Assembly (NCBI GenBank): GCA_963806225.1
Contig: CAWDXG010000004.1
Coordinates: 288,001-352,000, forward strand
DNA length: 64,000 bases
Direction of reading: 5' to 3'
Source: an uncultured delta proteobacterium
Lineage (GTDB): Bacteria > Myxococcota_A > Polyangia > Polyangiales > Polyangiaceae
Shown: piece after piece, positions 32,340 through 43,272 of the stretch
Numbering within the stretch: position 1 is the stretch's first letter
Layout: each line of letters begins with the position of its first letter
The notes under the pieces: generated by a model
The model's input: the letters and a program-made list of their open reading frames with translations, nothing else
What the model was told of the DNA's origin: nothing
The model's database searches: none
Program-made: the position numbers and the translations under genes

Positions 32340-33612
32340 TCAGGCGTCCTCAATCTTGGCCTTGGATTCGATGATGTCGAGCACCTTGTTCTCCAGGATC
32401 ATCCCGACGAGCATCTCGCGCTTCTTGTCGTCCCGGTATTCAGCTCGCAGCTTGGCGATGTTCTTCCCGGACTGCTCGGCGAGCTCTTTCAAGCCTTCTT
32501 CGAGCTCCGGGTCGCCGATCTGGATGCCTTCCTTCTTGGCGATCTCGGCCATGAGCAGCCCGGCGCGCACCTTCTCTTCGCTCTCGTTCCGGATGCGGGC
32601 GCGCAGATCCTCGCCGAGCTGGCCCTGCTGACCCTGGCGACGGGCCTGCGTGAGGACCTCCTGCTCGGTCACCTGCGCCTGGCGCTGCACCAGCGACGGC
32701 GGCAGGGGGATCGGGATTTCTCGCGACGAGGTCCTTGACCAGCTGCTCGGCGACGGAGTTGTCCGACTGCTCCTTCAGCTGCTTCTCCAGCCGCGCCTTC
32801 AAGTCCTTCTCGAGCTCGGCCAGCGTGTCGAAGTCGCCGAGGTCCTTCGCGAACTCGTCGTCGGCTTCGGGCAGGACCCTCTCCTTGAGGTCCTTGAGCG
32901 TGATCTTGAAGATCGACTTCTGCCCCTTCAGCTCGGGATGGGGATGCGTCTCCGGCATCTCCACCTCGGCGTCGGCCTGCTCGCCGGGCTTCTTTCCGGT
33001 CAGCGCCTCGTCGATGGCGGCGATGAGATTCCCCGTACCGAGCTCGACCTGGAAGTCCTTCGCTCCGGCGTCTTCGATCGTCTTTCCGCCGACCTGGACG
33101 TCGAAGTCGATGCTGACCACGTCGCCCTTCTGTGCGGCCCGGGGCTTGTCCGGCGCCTCCAGAGTTGAATGCGCTTCGCGGAGCTTGTCGACCTCGGCCT
33201 GGATCATCTCCTGGGTGACGTCGACCTTCGGCCGCTTGGCCTCGAGCGCGTCGTACTTCAGCGCCTCGATCTCGGGAACGACCTCGAAGCGCGCCTTGTA
33301 GACGAAGGGCTCGCTCTCCACGATCTTCTGCGGCTCGAAATCCGGCGAGCTGACGGGCTGCAGCTGCTTTTCGTCGATCGCCTTGGGAAAGGTGTCGTCG
33401 ACCAGGCGCTGGGCCACATCGGCGGCGATGCGAGCGCCGAACATGTGCACCAGCACCTTGCGTGGCGCCTTGCCGGGACGGAACCCGCGCACCCGGGCGT
33501 TGCGCGCAACGCTCGTGTAGGCCCTGTCCAGCTCGCTTTTTACGCGATCAGCCGGGACGCTGACGTTGAACTCGACAAGGACGGGACTGAGCTTCTGGAC
33601 GTTGACCTGCAT
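32340..33612 (-). CDS. tig: Trigger factor (frameshift near 32710)
   Basis: GFRPGKAP, FKBP domain; tig-clpP-clpX-lon synteny. Confidence 0.95.
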
Positions 33613-33796
33613 CTCGGGAGCGCTTCCCGTGCCATGCTGCGTGCGGCAGGTCAAGCCACTTGGCCGCCGCTCCGCGCCCGGCGCGGCGTGCCCGCGATCG
33701 ACAAGCGGGCCACCGCGCACCACAAACAAAGTGACCCCCGCGGCAGGCAGTCCGCGGGGGCCAGCGTCCCGGGAGGCGGGACGAAAGTCGTTCAGG

Positions 33797-33982
33797 CTAG
33801 TCGTCGTCTTCGTAGCCCTCCTGCTCGGCGGCGAAGAGCGCCGCTTCGAACGGGTCTGCATCGAAGTCGAGCTCGCTTTCCGGCTGCTCCAGATCGTCGA
33901 CGGACCAACCTATGCGCATGTCGGGCCTGAGCGCCTCGCGCTCGAACTCGGCAAAGCTGCGATAACCTCGGGGGGATGCCAT
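33797..33982 (-). CDS. Small acidic hypothetical protein
   Basis: 61 aa, AGGAGAG RBS, YRSFAEFEREALRP. Confidence 0.6.
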   Translation of the reverse strand: MASPRGYRSFAEFEREALRPDMRIGWSVDDLEQPESELDFDADPFEAALFAAEQEGYEDDD

Positions 33983-34382
33983 GTCGTTACTCTCCTGGTG
34001 GGGCTACGGGATGTCGGGTTTCCTGGAGGGGGCGGATTCCGCCCCGGTCGGCGAGGCGGAGGCATGGAGGTTTCGGATGGTCGAGGCGGGCCGGGGCGCG
34101 GGCGGCAGCCAGAACTGCTCTCGCAGGATCCGCTCGACCGCTCTGCCGCGCCCGGCAGGTGGCTCCATCAAAACGGCCCTCAAACCCAGCTTGTGCCGGC
34201 AGGCCCCGAGCTTCCGTCCCAGACTCACCTTTGACTACCTGCACCTACATCTGCACACACAGTACGACACGGTGCAGGTCGGACCAACAAAACGAGAATC
34301 CTCGCCGCTATTTCGATAAGAGCCTATTGCGGTAGCCGGCTCCCACCGTGGCCGGCTATGCCCGCCCGGCGCACACCACGAC

Positions 34383-35151
34383 ATGCCTCACCGACCCGAC
34401 ATCATCGCGATCGCCAACCAGAAGGGCGGCGTGGGCAAGACGACCACTGCGGTGAACCTCGCGGCGAGCCTGGCCGCAGCCGAACAACCCACGCTGCTGG
34501 TCGATCTCGATCCACAGGCGAACGCGTCGAGCGGCGTCGGTCTCGCCGCCGGGCACGGTGGACCGCACCATCTACGATGCGCTCATCGGCGGCACGCCAC
34601 TCGCCGACGTGATCCGGTCGACGCCCATCCCCATGCTCGAGGTCGCGCCCGCGAGCCAGGACCTCACCGCGGTCGAATACGAGCTGTTCGACGAGGAACG
34701 CGGCACGCATCTCAGGCGCGTGCTCTCGAACGCCGATCTCGATCGCTACCGCTACGTCGTGATCGACTCGCCGCCCTCGCTGGGCGTGCTCACACTCAAC
34801 GTGCTCGTGGCCGCCGACCGTGTGATCGTGCCGCTGCAGCCGGAGTACTACGCACTCGAGGGCATCACCTACCTGATGGCAACCATCGACCGCGTCCGCG
34901 GCTCGCTCAATCCGGACCTGACCGTCGAGGGTATCGTGCTCACCATGTGGGATCCGAGAAATCGCCTGGCACACCAGGTCGCCGAGCAGGTGCGGCGGCA
35001 CTTCCACGTCTTCGACGCCGTCATTCCGCGCAACGTGCGTCTGAGCGAAGCGCCCTCGCACGGGCTGCCCGCACTGCTCTACGACGTGCAGAGCAAGGGC
35101 GCCCAGGGCTATCTGAGTCTCGCGCGCGAGCTCATCGAGGCGCGGGCATGA
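34383..35151 (+). CDS. parA: ParA/Soj family ATPase (frameshift near 34555)
   Basis: [34 protein letters not shown]. Confidence 0.93.
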
Positions 35152-36049
35152 ACGCGCGACCCGGCAAGCCGTCGCGCGGGCTCGGCCGCGGGCTGGACGC
35201 CCTGCTGCCGGCGAAGTCCCCTGCCCCACCCGCGCGCTCCGGCGCAAGCTACGGCGAGGGCAACGTCTTTTCCTGCGCCCTGGACAAGATCGAGCCGCAG
35301 AAGGGCCAGCCGCGCCAGCACTTCGACGCCCAGGCGCTCGACGAGCTGGCCGAGTCGATCAAGGAGCATGGTCTGATCGAACCGCTCGTCGTCCGTCGCC
35401 GCCCCGGCAGCGACAGCTTCGAGCTGATCGCGGGTGAGCGGCGCTGGCGCGCCTGCCAGCGCGCTGGACTGCGCGAAGCGCTGGTCGTCGTGCGCGATGT
35501 GTCCGCCAGGGAAGCCTTCGAGCTGGCCCTGATCGAGAACGTCCAGCGCGAGGATCTCGACCCCATCGAGTTTGCCGAGGCGCTCGAGCGGCTGATGAAG
35601 GAGTACGAGTACACGCAGGAGTCGCTCGCCCACCGCCTCGGCAAGGACCGCTCCACCATCGCCAACGCCCTGCGCCTGCTCAAGCTGCCCGCGCGCAGTG
35701 CGCAAGCTCGTGGTAGGCGGCGAGCTCAGCGAAGGCCACGCTCGCGCGCTGCTCGGCGCACCCGACGAGGCGACGCTCGCCGCGCTCGCCGACAAGGTCG
35801 TGCGCGGCCGGCTCAGCGTGCGCCAGACCGAGTCGCATCGTGCGCGCCGCCAAGGCCGCGGCGCGCAACGACAACCCGGCCGGCGCCGGCCCGGGCGGCA
35901 AGAGCGCCTCCGTCCGCGATCTCGAGACCCGCCTCGCCAGGAAGCTCGGCACCCGCTGCGAAGTCCGCGACCGGAAGGGCAAGGGCGAGCTCGTCATCAA
36001 GTACGCCTCGTGGGACGAGCTCGATCGCCTGCTCGAACAGCTCCTCTAG
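35148..36049 (+). CDS. parB: ParB/Spo0J partition protein (frameshifts near 35695 and 35835)
   Basis: [37 protein letters not shown]. Confidence 0.92.
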
Positions 36050-36055
36050 CGCGTC

Positions 36056-36538
36056 TCACTCCGACGGCGAGAACATGATCGGGTAGACGACCGTGACGAT
36101 GCCGCCGTCCGGCTTCGGGAACAGGAGCTTCTGGTAGCCCGCGAAGACGCAGGCGATCGCGTCCTTGTCGGGGAGCGTCGAACCCGCGTCCTTCACGTGG
36201 TCTACGTGTCCATCGCGCTCGATAACGAAGCGCGCGACGACCTTCCCCTTCAGCGTGGAATCCTTCGCCAGCCCCTTCTCGTAGCAGAAGCGGAATTCGT
36301 CGTAGTGCGCGCGGATGATGCGCTGGATCACTTCCGGTGGCAGGCGCCCGTCGGTGTGCGGCTGGCCCCCCGCGCGCCCGACTGGTTTCGCGGACGGCAC
36401 CTCGGCGACGTTCTTTCCGGGCGCCGCCGTCCCCGTTTTCGGCGCACACGCCGCGGCAAGCAGCGCCGCGAGCGACACCGCACCCCACACCCGACCCCGC
36501 CGCCGACAACTCGCTCCCATCGCTCGGCATCGTACCAT
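36056..36538 (-). CDS. Lipoprotein with an AgmX/PglI-like (TonB-C-like) domain
   Basis: [36 protein letters not shown]. Confidence 0.8.
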   Translation of the reverse strand: MVRCRAMGASCRRRGRVWGAVSLAALLAAACAPKTGTAAPGKNVAEVPSAKPVGRAGGQPHTDGRLPPEVIQRIIRAHYDEFRFCYEKGLAKDSTLKGKVVARFVIERDGHVDHVKDAGSTLPDKDAIACVFAGYQKLLFPKPDGGIVTVVYPIMFSPSE

Positions 36539-36585
36539 CGCAGACGATGAAGCCGGGCGCGGGGCGCCAGAGCGCGCCAGCGGCC

Positions 36586-37653
36586 CTACTTCCCGGCTTT
36601 GACGGCCGCGATGGCCTTCTTTGCGGCCTCGCCGACTTTCTTGCCGGCGCCGAGGGTGGCGGCTTTTTTGAACTCGGCGAGGGCTTCCTTCTTCTTGCCC
36701 TGATCCTTGTAGAGCTGGCCGAGGTAGAAGTGCGGCTCGGCGAGCCTGTCGTCGAGCTTCGCGGCGGCTTCGTAGTCGGCCTTCTCGCCGGCGGCGTCCT
36801 TCATGCCGTGACGGCAGCGACCGCGCAACACGTGCAGGCCCGGCACGTCCTTGGCCTGGATTGCCTTGTCCAGCGCGCCGACGCAGTCGCTGAACTTGTG
36901 CATGCGCGCATACAGATCGCCCATCGCCGCGAGCAGCTTCGGATCGTCGGCGGTGATCTGGCGCAGTTGGGCCATCGCGTCGTCCGGCTTGCCCGCGGCG
37001 GCGAGGTTCTCGGCGTAGGCGAAGCGCAGCTCCATGTTCTTCGGCTGCGCGGCCACGGCGTCCGCGTAGGCCTTGATGGCGCCGGGCTTGTCGCCTGCGG
37101 CTTCGGTCGCCAGCGCCAGGTTCATGAGCAGCCCCGGATCCTTCGGCGCGCTCGCGAGCCCCGCCTTGACGACCTTCACGGCTTCTTCCGGCTGCTTCAT
37201 GTCGAGCAGCAGCGCCGAGAGGTTCATGCTCGCCTGCAACAGCTTCGGATCGAGCTTCAGCGCCTGCCGGTACAGATCCGCCGCGCTCTGGCCGTCGCCC
37301 AGGCCCTCGTCGGCCACGCCCAGGTAGAACGCCGCCTGGGGATCCTTCGGGTCCGCGGCGTGGGCCTCGGTGAGCACCGACTTCGCCTTGGCAAAGTCCT
37401 TGGCCTGGATGGAATCGATCCCCTGCTGCACCTTGGCGCTGGAAGCCTTCACCACCGCGCCGCCGCCCCCTCCCGCGCCGGCGGACTGCGCGTTGTCATC
37501 GAGCGGCGGCGGGTTGTCCGGCGCCTTGGGGCCCGGAGCCGGACCGCATCCGATGGACAGGACGACGAGCGCGGCCGACAGAACGCCCGCGCCGGACAGA
37601 CGCGCCGTGCGCCGACGCCTGGGTGAAGTGCTTGTGCTGCCCTGGGCTCTCAT
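36586..37653 (-). CDS. TPR lipoprotein
   Basis: Lipobox LSIGC and multiple TPR-like helical repeats. Confidence 0.85.
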   Translation of the reverse strand: MRAQGSTSTSPRRRRTARLSGAGVLSAALVVLSIGCGPAPGPKAPDNPPPLDDNAQSAGAGGGGGAVVKASSAKVQQGIDSIQAKDFAKAKSVLTEAHAADPKDPQAAFYLGVADEGLGDGQSAADLYRQALKLDPKLLQASMNLSALLLDMKQPEEAVKVVKAGLASAPKDPGLLMNLALATEAAGDKPGAIKAYADAVAAQPKNMELRFAYAENLAAAGKPDDAMAQLRQITADDPKLLAAMGDLYARMHKFSDCVGALDKAIQAKDVPGLHVLRGRCRHGMKDAAGEKADYEAAAKLDDRLAEPHFYLGQLYKDQGKKKEALAEFKKAATLGAGKKVGEAAKKAIAAVKAGK

Positions 37654-40349
37654 GATGTTCCTGCTCCGGTTGTCGATGCCAGCTTCGCGATGGTCGATAC
37701 GATACGCTCTTGTAGCTCGGCTGCGCGATCGGGATCGGCGATCTTGGCGCCGGCCCGGTCGGTCACGTAGAAAACGTCGGCGACGCGCATGCCCTCGGTG
37801 TTGATCTTGGCCAGCGAGATCGTCAGCCCGGCTTCCTGAAGGGTGTTCGCCAGCCAGAACAGGAGGCCCGGTCGGTCGCGGGTCGTCACTTCGATAACCG
37901 TGTGATCGGTCGCCGCACGGTTGTCGAAGCTCACCTTGGTCGACACTTCCGGCGTCGGGCGCTCCGACCAGCGCGTGGTGCGCGGCTGCCGCCCGATAAC
38001 CAGCTCCGTGGGTTCGAGCTCGCCGGCGAGCAGCCGCCCCAGGTCGCGCTCGAGCCGCGGCACGGCCGCGACCACCGCGCCGGGCTCGGCGCTGCCGCGC
38101 ACCCAGAAGAGATCCAGCGCGCGGACGCGCCCGCTGTCGTCGAGCCAGGAGTAGATCTGCGCGCCGACGACCTGCAGCCGCGCCGCAGCGAGCGTTGCGG
38201 TGATGCAGGCGAGCAGGCCGGGGCGATCGTCGGCAATGAAGCCGAGCTCCACGTACGGATCGTCGCTCTTGATAACGCTGACCGCTCCCTGCTTGAGCCG
38301 GGCGCTCTTGACGAAGCGCGCGTGCAGGATGATGTCGTCCGGGTCGTTGGCGTACAGGTAGCGCTCGGGCACCGCCTCGACGAAATGGTCGATGAAGCGC
38401 CGGTCGCGCTTGCCCCAGCCCGTGCGCACCTGCTCGGCCACGTCGGGGCGTACTCCGCGGCGCGGCTCGACGCCTTCGGCCAGGAAACGATTCGCCGCAA
38501 CATACAGCTCGTCCAGCATCCGCGCCTTCCAGCTCGTCATGGCCGTCGGGCTGGTCGTGGACACGTCCGAGACGGTAAGCAGATACAGCTCGCGGAGCCC
38601 CTCGGGGCCGTGCACGTCGCCGCGGAATTCCTCGAGGGTACGCGGGTCATCGATGTCGCGCCGGGTTGCCACGTGGTACATCCGCAGGTGCTTGAGCACC
38701 AGGTGCTGTACCTCGCGGATGTCGGCGTCGGGCACGCGCAGCCGCTCGAGGATGCTCCGCGCCATGTCGTGGCCGCGCTCGGAGTGGTTCTTTCCGCCGA
38801 TGTCCTTGCCCACGTCGTGGAGCAACGTCGCAAAGAACAGCACGCGCGGTCGCGCGATCTCGGCGGCGAGCCGTGATGCGAGGGGATACTCCGCCGTCAG
38901 CTCGCCGCGTGCCAGGGCGCGCAGGCGGTCCACCGCGGCGATGGTGTGCGCGTCGACCGTGTACACGTGATACACGTCGTGATGCACGCGCCCGACGACC
39001 GGCGCAAACTCCGGCACCATCGCCACCAGCAGCCCGACGTCGTGCAACTCGGCCAGCACCGAGCCGTTCTTGAAGCGGGTCCGCTGCGAGGTCATCACGA
39101 GCCTGGCGAAGAGCCGCGCGGCCTCGTCGCTGGCGCGCAGCTTCTCGCAGAACGACGGCAGCGTGGCGGCGCGCGCGACCGCGTCGCGGGCGAAGGCATA
39201 GACCGATAGTCCCCGCTTGACGGCCTCGTCGTACAGGCGCAGCGCCTGCGCCGGCTCGGTGTCGAGCGCGCCCGGATGCGCCAGCGACACCGCGCCGTTG
39301 ATCAGCTTGAGCCCGCGGCCGAGGCTGCTCGCGTGCGGGCGCCGCGTAGGAGGCGGCACCGCGCGTGCCACGACCATGTCCCGGGCCTGCGTCAACATGC
39401 GCGCGTGCCGGTAGTAGTCGCTCATGAAGCGCTCGACAGCCGGTCCGCCGCTGCCGTAGCCCAGGTCCACGGCGAGCTGCTCCTGCCGATCGAAGCTGAG
39501 CCGGTCGGAGCGGCGCCCCGAGTAGGCGTGCAGCAGATTGCGCACGCGCCACAGGAGGTTGTTCGAAGCGTCGATCTGCTGCCATTCCCGCGGCACCAGA
39601 ACGCCGATGCGGACCAGATCGGACAGGTCGGAGACGCGCCAGCGCGCGCGCGCCACCCAGTGCGCCACGTCCAGGTCGCGCAGCCCGCCCGGCCCGTTCT
39701 TCACGTCGGGCTCGAGCAGGTAGACGGAACCGCCGTAGCGTTCGTGGCGTTCGGCGGCGCGCTGCTCGAGCCGCTCGATGAATTCGCGGATGGCGCCCAT
39801 GCCGAACACGCCCTCGAACACGCGGTCGAGCATCTGCCGCGTTTCGGGGATCTCGCCGGTGATCACGCGCCAGTCGAGCAGCGTAGTCGCCGTCGGCAGG
39901 TCCTGGTGCGCGAGCTCGATCATCTGCTCGGGCGTGACGACCTGGTGCCCGATGCTCAGGCCGGCGTCCCACAGCGGATAGAGCAGCGCCTCGGCGATCG
40001 GGCGCGCCGCTTCCTGGTCCTCGCCGCACAAGAGCCGCACGTCCAGATCGCTGCTGAAAGCCACCGCGCCGCGGCCGTAGCTGCCGACGGCCGCGAGCGA
40101 TACTGGCGTCCAGCTCTGGTCGCGGGTCATCGCCGCCTTGACCGCGTGGTAGAGCGACGACAGGAGCCCGTCGTACGCCTTGGCGCAGCGGCGCCCCGCG
40201 GGCAGCCCGCCCTCCTTGCCGCCGGTGCGGATCATCGACTCCACTTCGCCCCGGTGCATGGCGATGTAGCGCCTGAGCTCCGGCAGCAGAGCCGGCGATA
40301 CCCGCTCGAGGAGCGGAACCTGTGCGTCCACCGAAACAGTCGAGGTCAT
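37650..40349 (-). CDS. glnD: [Protein-PII] uridylyltransferase
   Basis: AVGSYGRG..SDLD, EPDVKNGPGGLRD, HD domain, two ACT domains. Confidence 0.96.
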   Translation of the reverse strand: MTSTVSVDAQVPLLERVSPALLPELRRYIAMHRGEVESMIRTGGKEGGLPAGRRCAKAYDGLLSSLYHAVKAAMTRDQSWTPVSLAAVGSYGRGAVAFSSDLDVRLLCGEDQEAARPIAEALLYPLWDAGLSIGHQVVTPEQMIELAHQDLPTATTLLDWRVITGEIPETRQMLDRVFEGVFGMGAIREFIERLEQRAAERHERYGGSVYLLEPDVKNGPGGLRDLDVAHWVARARWRVSDLSDLVRIGVLVPREWQQIDASNNLLWRVRNLLHAYSGRRSDRLSFDRQEQLAVDLGYGSGGPAVERFMSDYYRHARMLTQARDMVVARAVPPPTRRPHASSLGRGLKLINGAVSLAHPGALDTEPAQALRLYDEAVKRGLSVYAFARDAVARAATLPSFCEKLRASDEAARLFARLVMTSQRTRFKNGSVLAELHDVGLLVAMVPEFAPVVGRVHHDVYHVYTVDAHTIAAVDRLRALARGELTAEYPLASRLAAEIARPRVLFFATLLHDVGKDIGGKNHSERGHDMARSILERLRVPDADIREVQHLVLKHLRMYHVATRRDIDDPRTLEEFRGDVHGPEGLRELYLLTVSDVSTTSPTAMTSWKARMLDELYVAANRFLAEGVEPRRGVRPDVAEQVRTGWGKRDRRFIDHFVEAVPERYLYANDPDDIILHARFVKSARLKQGAVSVIKSDDPYVELGFIADDRPGLLACITATLAAARLQVVGAQIYSWLDDSGRVRALDLFWVRGSAEPGAVVAAVPRLERDLGRLLAGELEPTELVIGRQPRTTRWSERPTPEVSTKVSFDNRAATDHTVIEVTTRDRPGLLFWLANTLQEAGLTISLAKINTEGMRVADVFYVTDRAGAKIADPDRAAELQERIVSTIAKLASTTGAGTS

Positions 40350-40551
40350 GCCGGGCTGAACCGCCCCCGTGGCGCTAGACCGGGCGGGGGGCTCGTTATA
40401 GCGCAGTGCATCGAGCTCTGGAGGAGGAACGGCGCACGGGAGCCTGATCCCCCGCTGCCTGCCCCGGCACCGTGCCGGGAGCGCTGACCGGACCCTGCCA
40501 CGACCAGCGCGACTGGTCGAATCCGGCGCACTCGGCTACCCTCGAAGCATC

Positions 40552-41115
40552 ATGCTTGACCGGCGCCGTGCCCTTTCAATGCTCGCCGCCAGCCTGCTTG
40601 TCCTGCTGCTGCCGAGCGGCGCGGGAGCCAGCCTGGCTCGCGCCGTGACCCTCCCCCAGCTCGTGGCCCGGAGCGAGCAGGTCGTGATCGGGACGCCGCT
40701 GGAGGCCCATGCGCGCTGGGAAACCCTCGGTGGGCAACGTCGCATCGTGACGTACACCCGCGTGCGCGTGGATGCGGCCATCGACGGCGGCGGCCAGAGC
40801 GAGCTCTTCATCCGCACTCTCGGCGGCCACGTCGGGGATATCGGACAGGTGGTCAGCGGGGAAGCCGTGCTCTCGATCGGACAGCCCGCGCTGGTCTTCG
40901 TCGGACGCTCGGCGGACGGCGTGCTGGCCGTGACCGCGATGGCGCAGGGCCACTTTCCGCTCCGCCGCGATGGGCACGGCACCCTGCGGCTGCGCCCGAG
41001 CCCGCGCCTTGCCACCCTGGTCGGCGCGCAGCATTCGGCAGTAAAGCGGCTGGTCGGTCACAGTATTCCGGAGGCCGAACAGCTGATCGCAGGAGCCCGC
41101 TCCCATGCACCGTGA
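40552..41115 (+). CDS. Secreted hypothetical protein upstream of a matrixin
   Basis: Signal peptide; LPQLVARSEQVVIG, IVTYTRVRV. Confidence 0.75.
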   Translation: MLDRRRALSMLAASLLVLLLPSGAGASLARAVTLPQLVARSEQVVIGTPLEAHARWETLGGQRRIVTYTRVRVDAAIDGGGQSELFIRTLGGHVGDIGQVVSGEAVLSIGQPALVFVGRSADGVLAVTAMAQGHFPLRRDGHGTLRLRPSPRLATLVGAQHSAVKRLVGHSIPEAEQLIAGARSHAP

Positions 41116-42019
41116 CCCGATCCGCGCGGCGCTGGCGGCACTCCTCGTGCTGACCGCAACCGGGACGGCGCAGGCCTACTGCCGCACGACGACCTGCTCG
41201 GCCGACGATCCGAACCTGCCCTGCACGCTCGAAGCCAGCGGCTGCCTGGGCGGCGGCAAGCCGCTGTACTGGTCGGGAGCCTGCGTGTCGTTCTCGGTGC
41301 AGAAGGACGGCTCGCCACTCCGCGACATCAGCGCGCAGGCGGCGGACAAGGTGATCTCGGACGGCTTCAGCCAGTGGGTGAGCGCCGACTGCGGCAGTGG
41401 GCATCCCTCGATCGGGATCTACGATCACGGCCAGGTCAGCTGCAACAAGCAGGAGTACAACCAGAAGAGCGGCAACGCGAACATCTTCGTGTTCCGCGAC
41501 GCGCGTTGGCCCTACGCCGCGAACACCAGCGGCGGAGCCGCCACGAGCGCCGAGACGCTCGCGCTCACGACCATCACCTACAACATCAAGACGGGCGAGA
41601 TCTACGACGCCAACGTTGAGATCAACTCGCACGACAACGAGATCACCATCGGCGACAAGAACGTCGCGGCGGATCTGCAATCGATCGTGACGCACGAGAG
41701 CGGGCACTTCCTCGGCCTCGCCCACTCGCCGAAGGCCAGCGCGACCATGTTCGCCTCGTACCAGTACGGGGACACGAGCCTCAGGTCGCTGTCCCAGGAC
41801 GACGTGGACGGCATCTGCGCGATCTATCCGCCCGGTCGCGACGTGGGCGCGTGCAATCCGACGCCGCGCCACGGCTATTCGAGCGCGTGCGCCGCCCCGC
41901 CGAAGAGCGGCTGCCGCGTGAGCGCACCGGGCGCGCCGACGCGACCCCAGGACACCGAAGCGCTCTGGGGCGCCCTGGTCGCGCTCGGCTTGCTCGCGCG
42001 CCGCCGGCGGGCCGGGTGA
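41105..42019 (+). CDS. Matrixin-family metalloprotease with a C-terminal anchor
   Basis: HESGHFLGLAHS...ATM Met-turn; SGC + TM + RRRR tail. Confidence 0.9.
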   Translation: MHRDPIRAALAALLVLTATGTAQAYCRTTTCSADDPNLPCTLEASGCLGGGKPLYWSGACVSFSVQKDGSPLRDISAQAADKVISDGFSQWVSADCGSGHPSIGIYDHGQVSCNKQEYNQKSGNANIFVFRDARWPYAANTSGGAATSAETLALTTITYNIKTGEIYDANVEINSHDNEITIGDKNVAADLQSIVTHESGHFLGLAHSPKASATMFASYQYGDTSLRSLSQDDVDGICAIYPPGRDVGACNPTPRHGYSSACAAPPKSGCRVSAPGAPTRPQDTEALWGALVALGLLARRRRAG

Positions 42020-42080
42020 TCGCACGGCCGATCTCTGGTACAAGCGATCCGGGTTGTTGGGCCCGGACAAGGAGAGCGGG

Positions 42081-43271
42081 GTGAGTCGGACTCCTGGGAT
42101 TATCGGAATTGCTCTGGCGGGCGTGCTGTCGCTCGCCGCCTTTTCCTGCTCCAGCGGCGGCACGAAGGACGCCGGAGGCACGGGAGGCGCCGGAGGGACG
42201 GGCGGTTCGTCGAGCTGCGGCCCCGTGACGACGTCTGGCTTCACTGGCGACTGCAAGCCGGGCGCCCCCGAGCAGTGCTGCGCCGCCAATCTGCCGGTCA
42301 TGCAGGTGCGCACCAGCGGCCAGCTCGTTGCGCCCGACTGGTCGTGCATCGGCATCGGCAGTCCGAAGGGCGCCGGCGGCAGCGGCGGGTCTGCAGGCGG
42401 CGGCGGGTCCGACGCCGGGGTCGCAGGTTCCGACGCGGGCGTCGGTGGGATGGGCGGCAGCGACGCCGGCGCGGCTGGCAGCGGCGGCAGCGCCGGTGCA
42501 GGTGGCAGCGACGGCGGTCCGCCGCCCAACATGAACGTCTTCGAGGTGGAGAACTTCGGCGCCGACGGGCTGGTCGCGGATGTCGACGTGGACCTGTTCG
42601 AAGGCGACAGCGTCGTCGACAAGACGCCGTTCTTCACGGGCACGACGAAGGGCGTCGACACGCCAGGCCCCGCCGAGCTGAACTACGGCCAGCTCTACTT
42701 CCCCCACCCATCGAGCCCGATCCTCTCGTATCACGTCAAGGCGAAGCCCGGCATCGCCAAGGACTTCGTCGGCTTCGGCTACGAGGTTCCGGCTCCGCCC
42801 GGCAAGGTGCAGGGCGCCACGGTCTCGCCGCAGCTGTACAACCAGCTCGCCACGTTCGCCGTCACACTCCCGGGTTGGACGCCGCCGGACGATCTCGGCA
42901 TCGTGACGGCGCCCGTCCGCGACTGCAACGGCGATGACGTGGGCGGCGCGCTCTTCAAGCTGATCGACGGCAAGACGGGCCAGGAAGTGCAGCCGGGGAC
43001 CTGCGCCCGCGATCCGCGCTTCATCTACTTCGACGGCAATACGCCGAACACCAAGTGCCAGTACTCCGACTACCGCCAGGCGCTGATGCTCGTGATCAAC
43101 GCGCCGACGAACGTCTCCGGCGCGGACAAGGGGCACGTCTACAAGGTCCAGTTCTTCGGGCGGCTGCGCAGCTCGGACACGAAACCGGTGATGTTCGCCG
43201 AAAAGTCGGTCGAGATCTTCCCGAACTCGGTCAACGTGTACGAGATCAAGCCGAACGTGATGCAGAAGTAG
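42081..43271 (+). CDS. Hypothetical lipoprotein
   Basis: LAAFSC lipobox, Gly-rich linkers. Confidence 0.75.
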   Translation: MSRTPGIIGIALAGVLSLAAFSCSSGGTKDAGGTGGAGGTGGSSSCGPVTTSGFTGDCKPGAPEQCCAANLPVMQVRTSGQLVAPDWSCIGIGSPKGAGGSGGSAGGGGSDAGVAGSDAGVGGMGGSDAGAAGSGGSAGAGGSDGGPPPNMNVFEVENFGADGLVADVDVDLFEGDSVVDKTPFFTGTTKGVDTPGPAELNYGQLYFPHPSSPILSYHVKAKPGIAKDFVGFGYEVPAPPGKVQGATVSPQLYNQLATFAVTLPGWTPPDDLGIVTAPVRDCNGDDVGGALFKLIDGKTGQEVQPGTCARDPRFIYFDGNTPNTKCQYSDYRQALMLVINAPTNVSGADKGHVYKVQFFGRLRSSDTKPVMFAEKSVEIFPNSVNVYEIKPNVMQK

Positions 43272-43272
43272 C

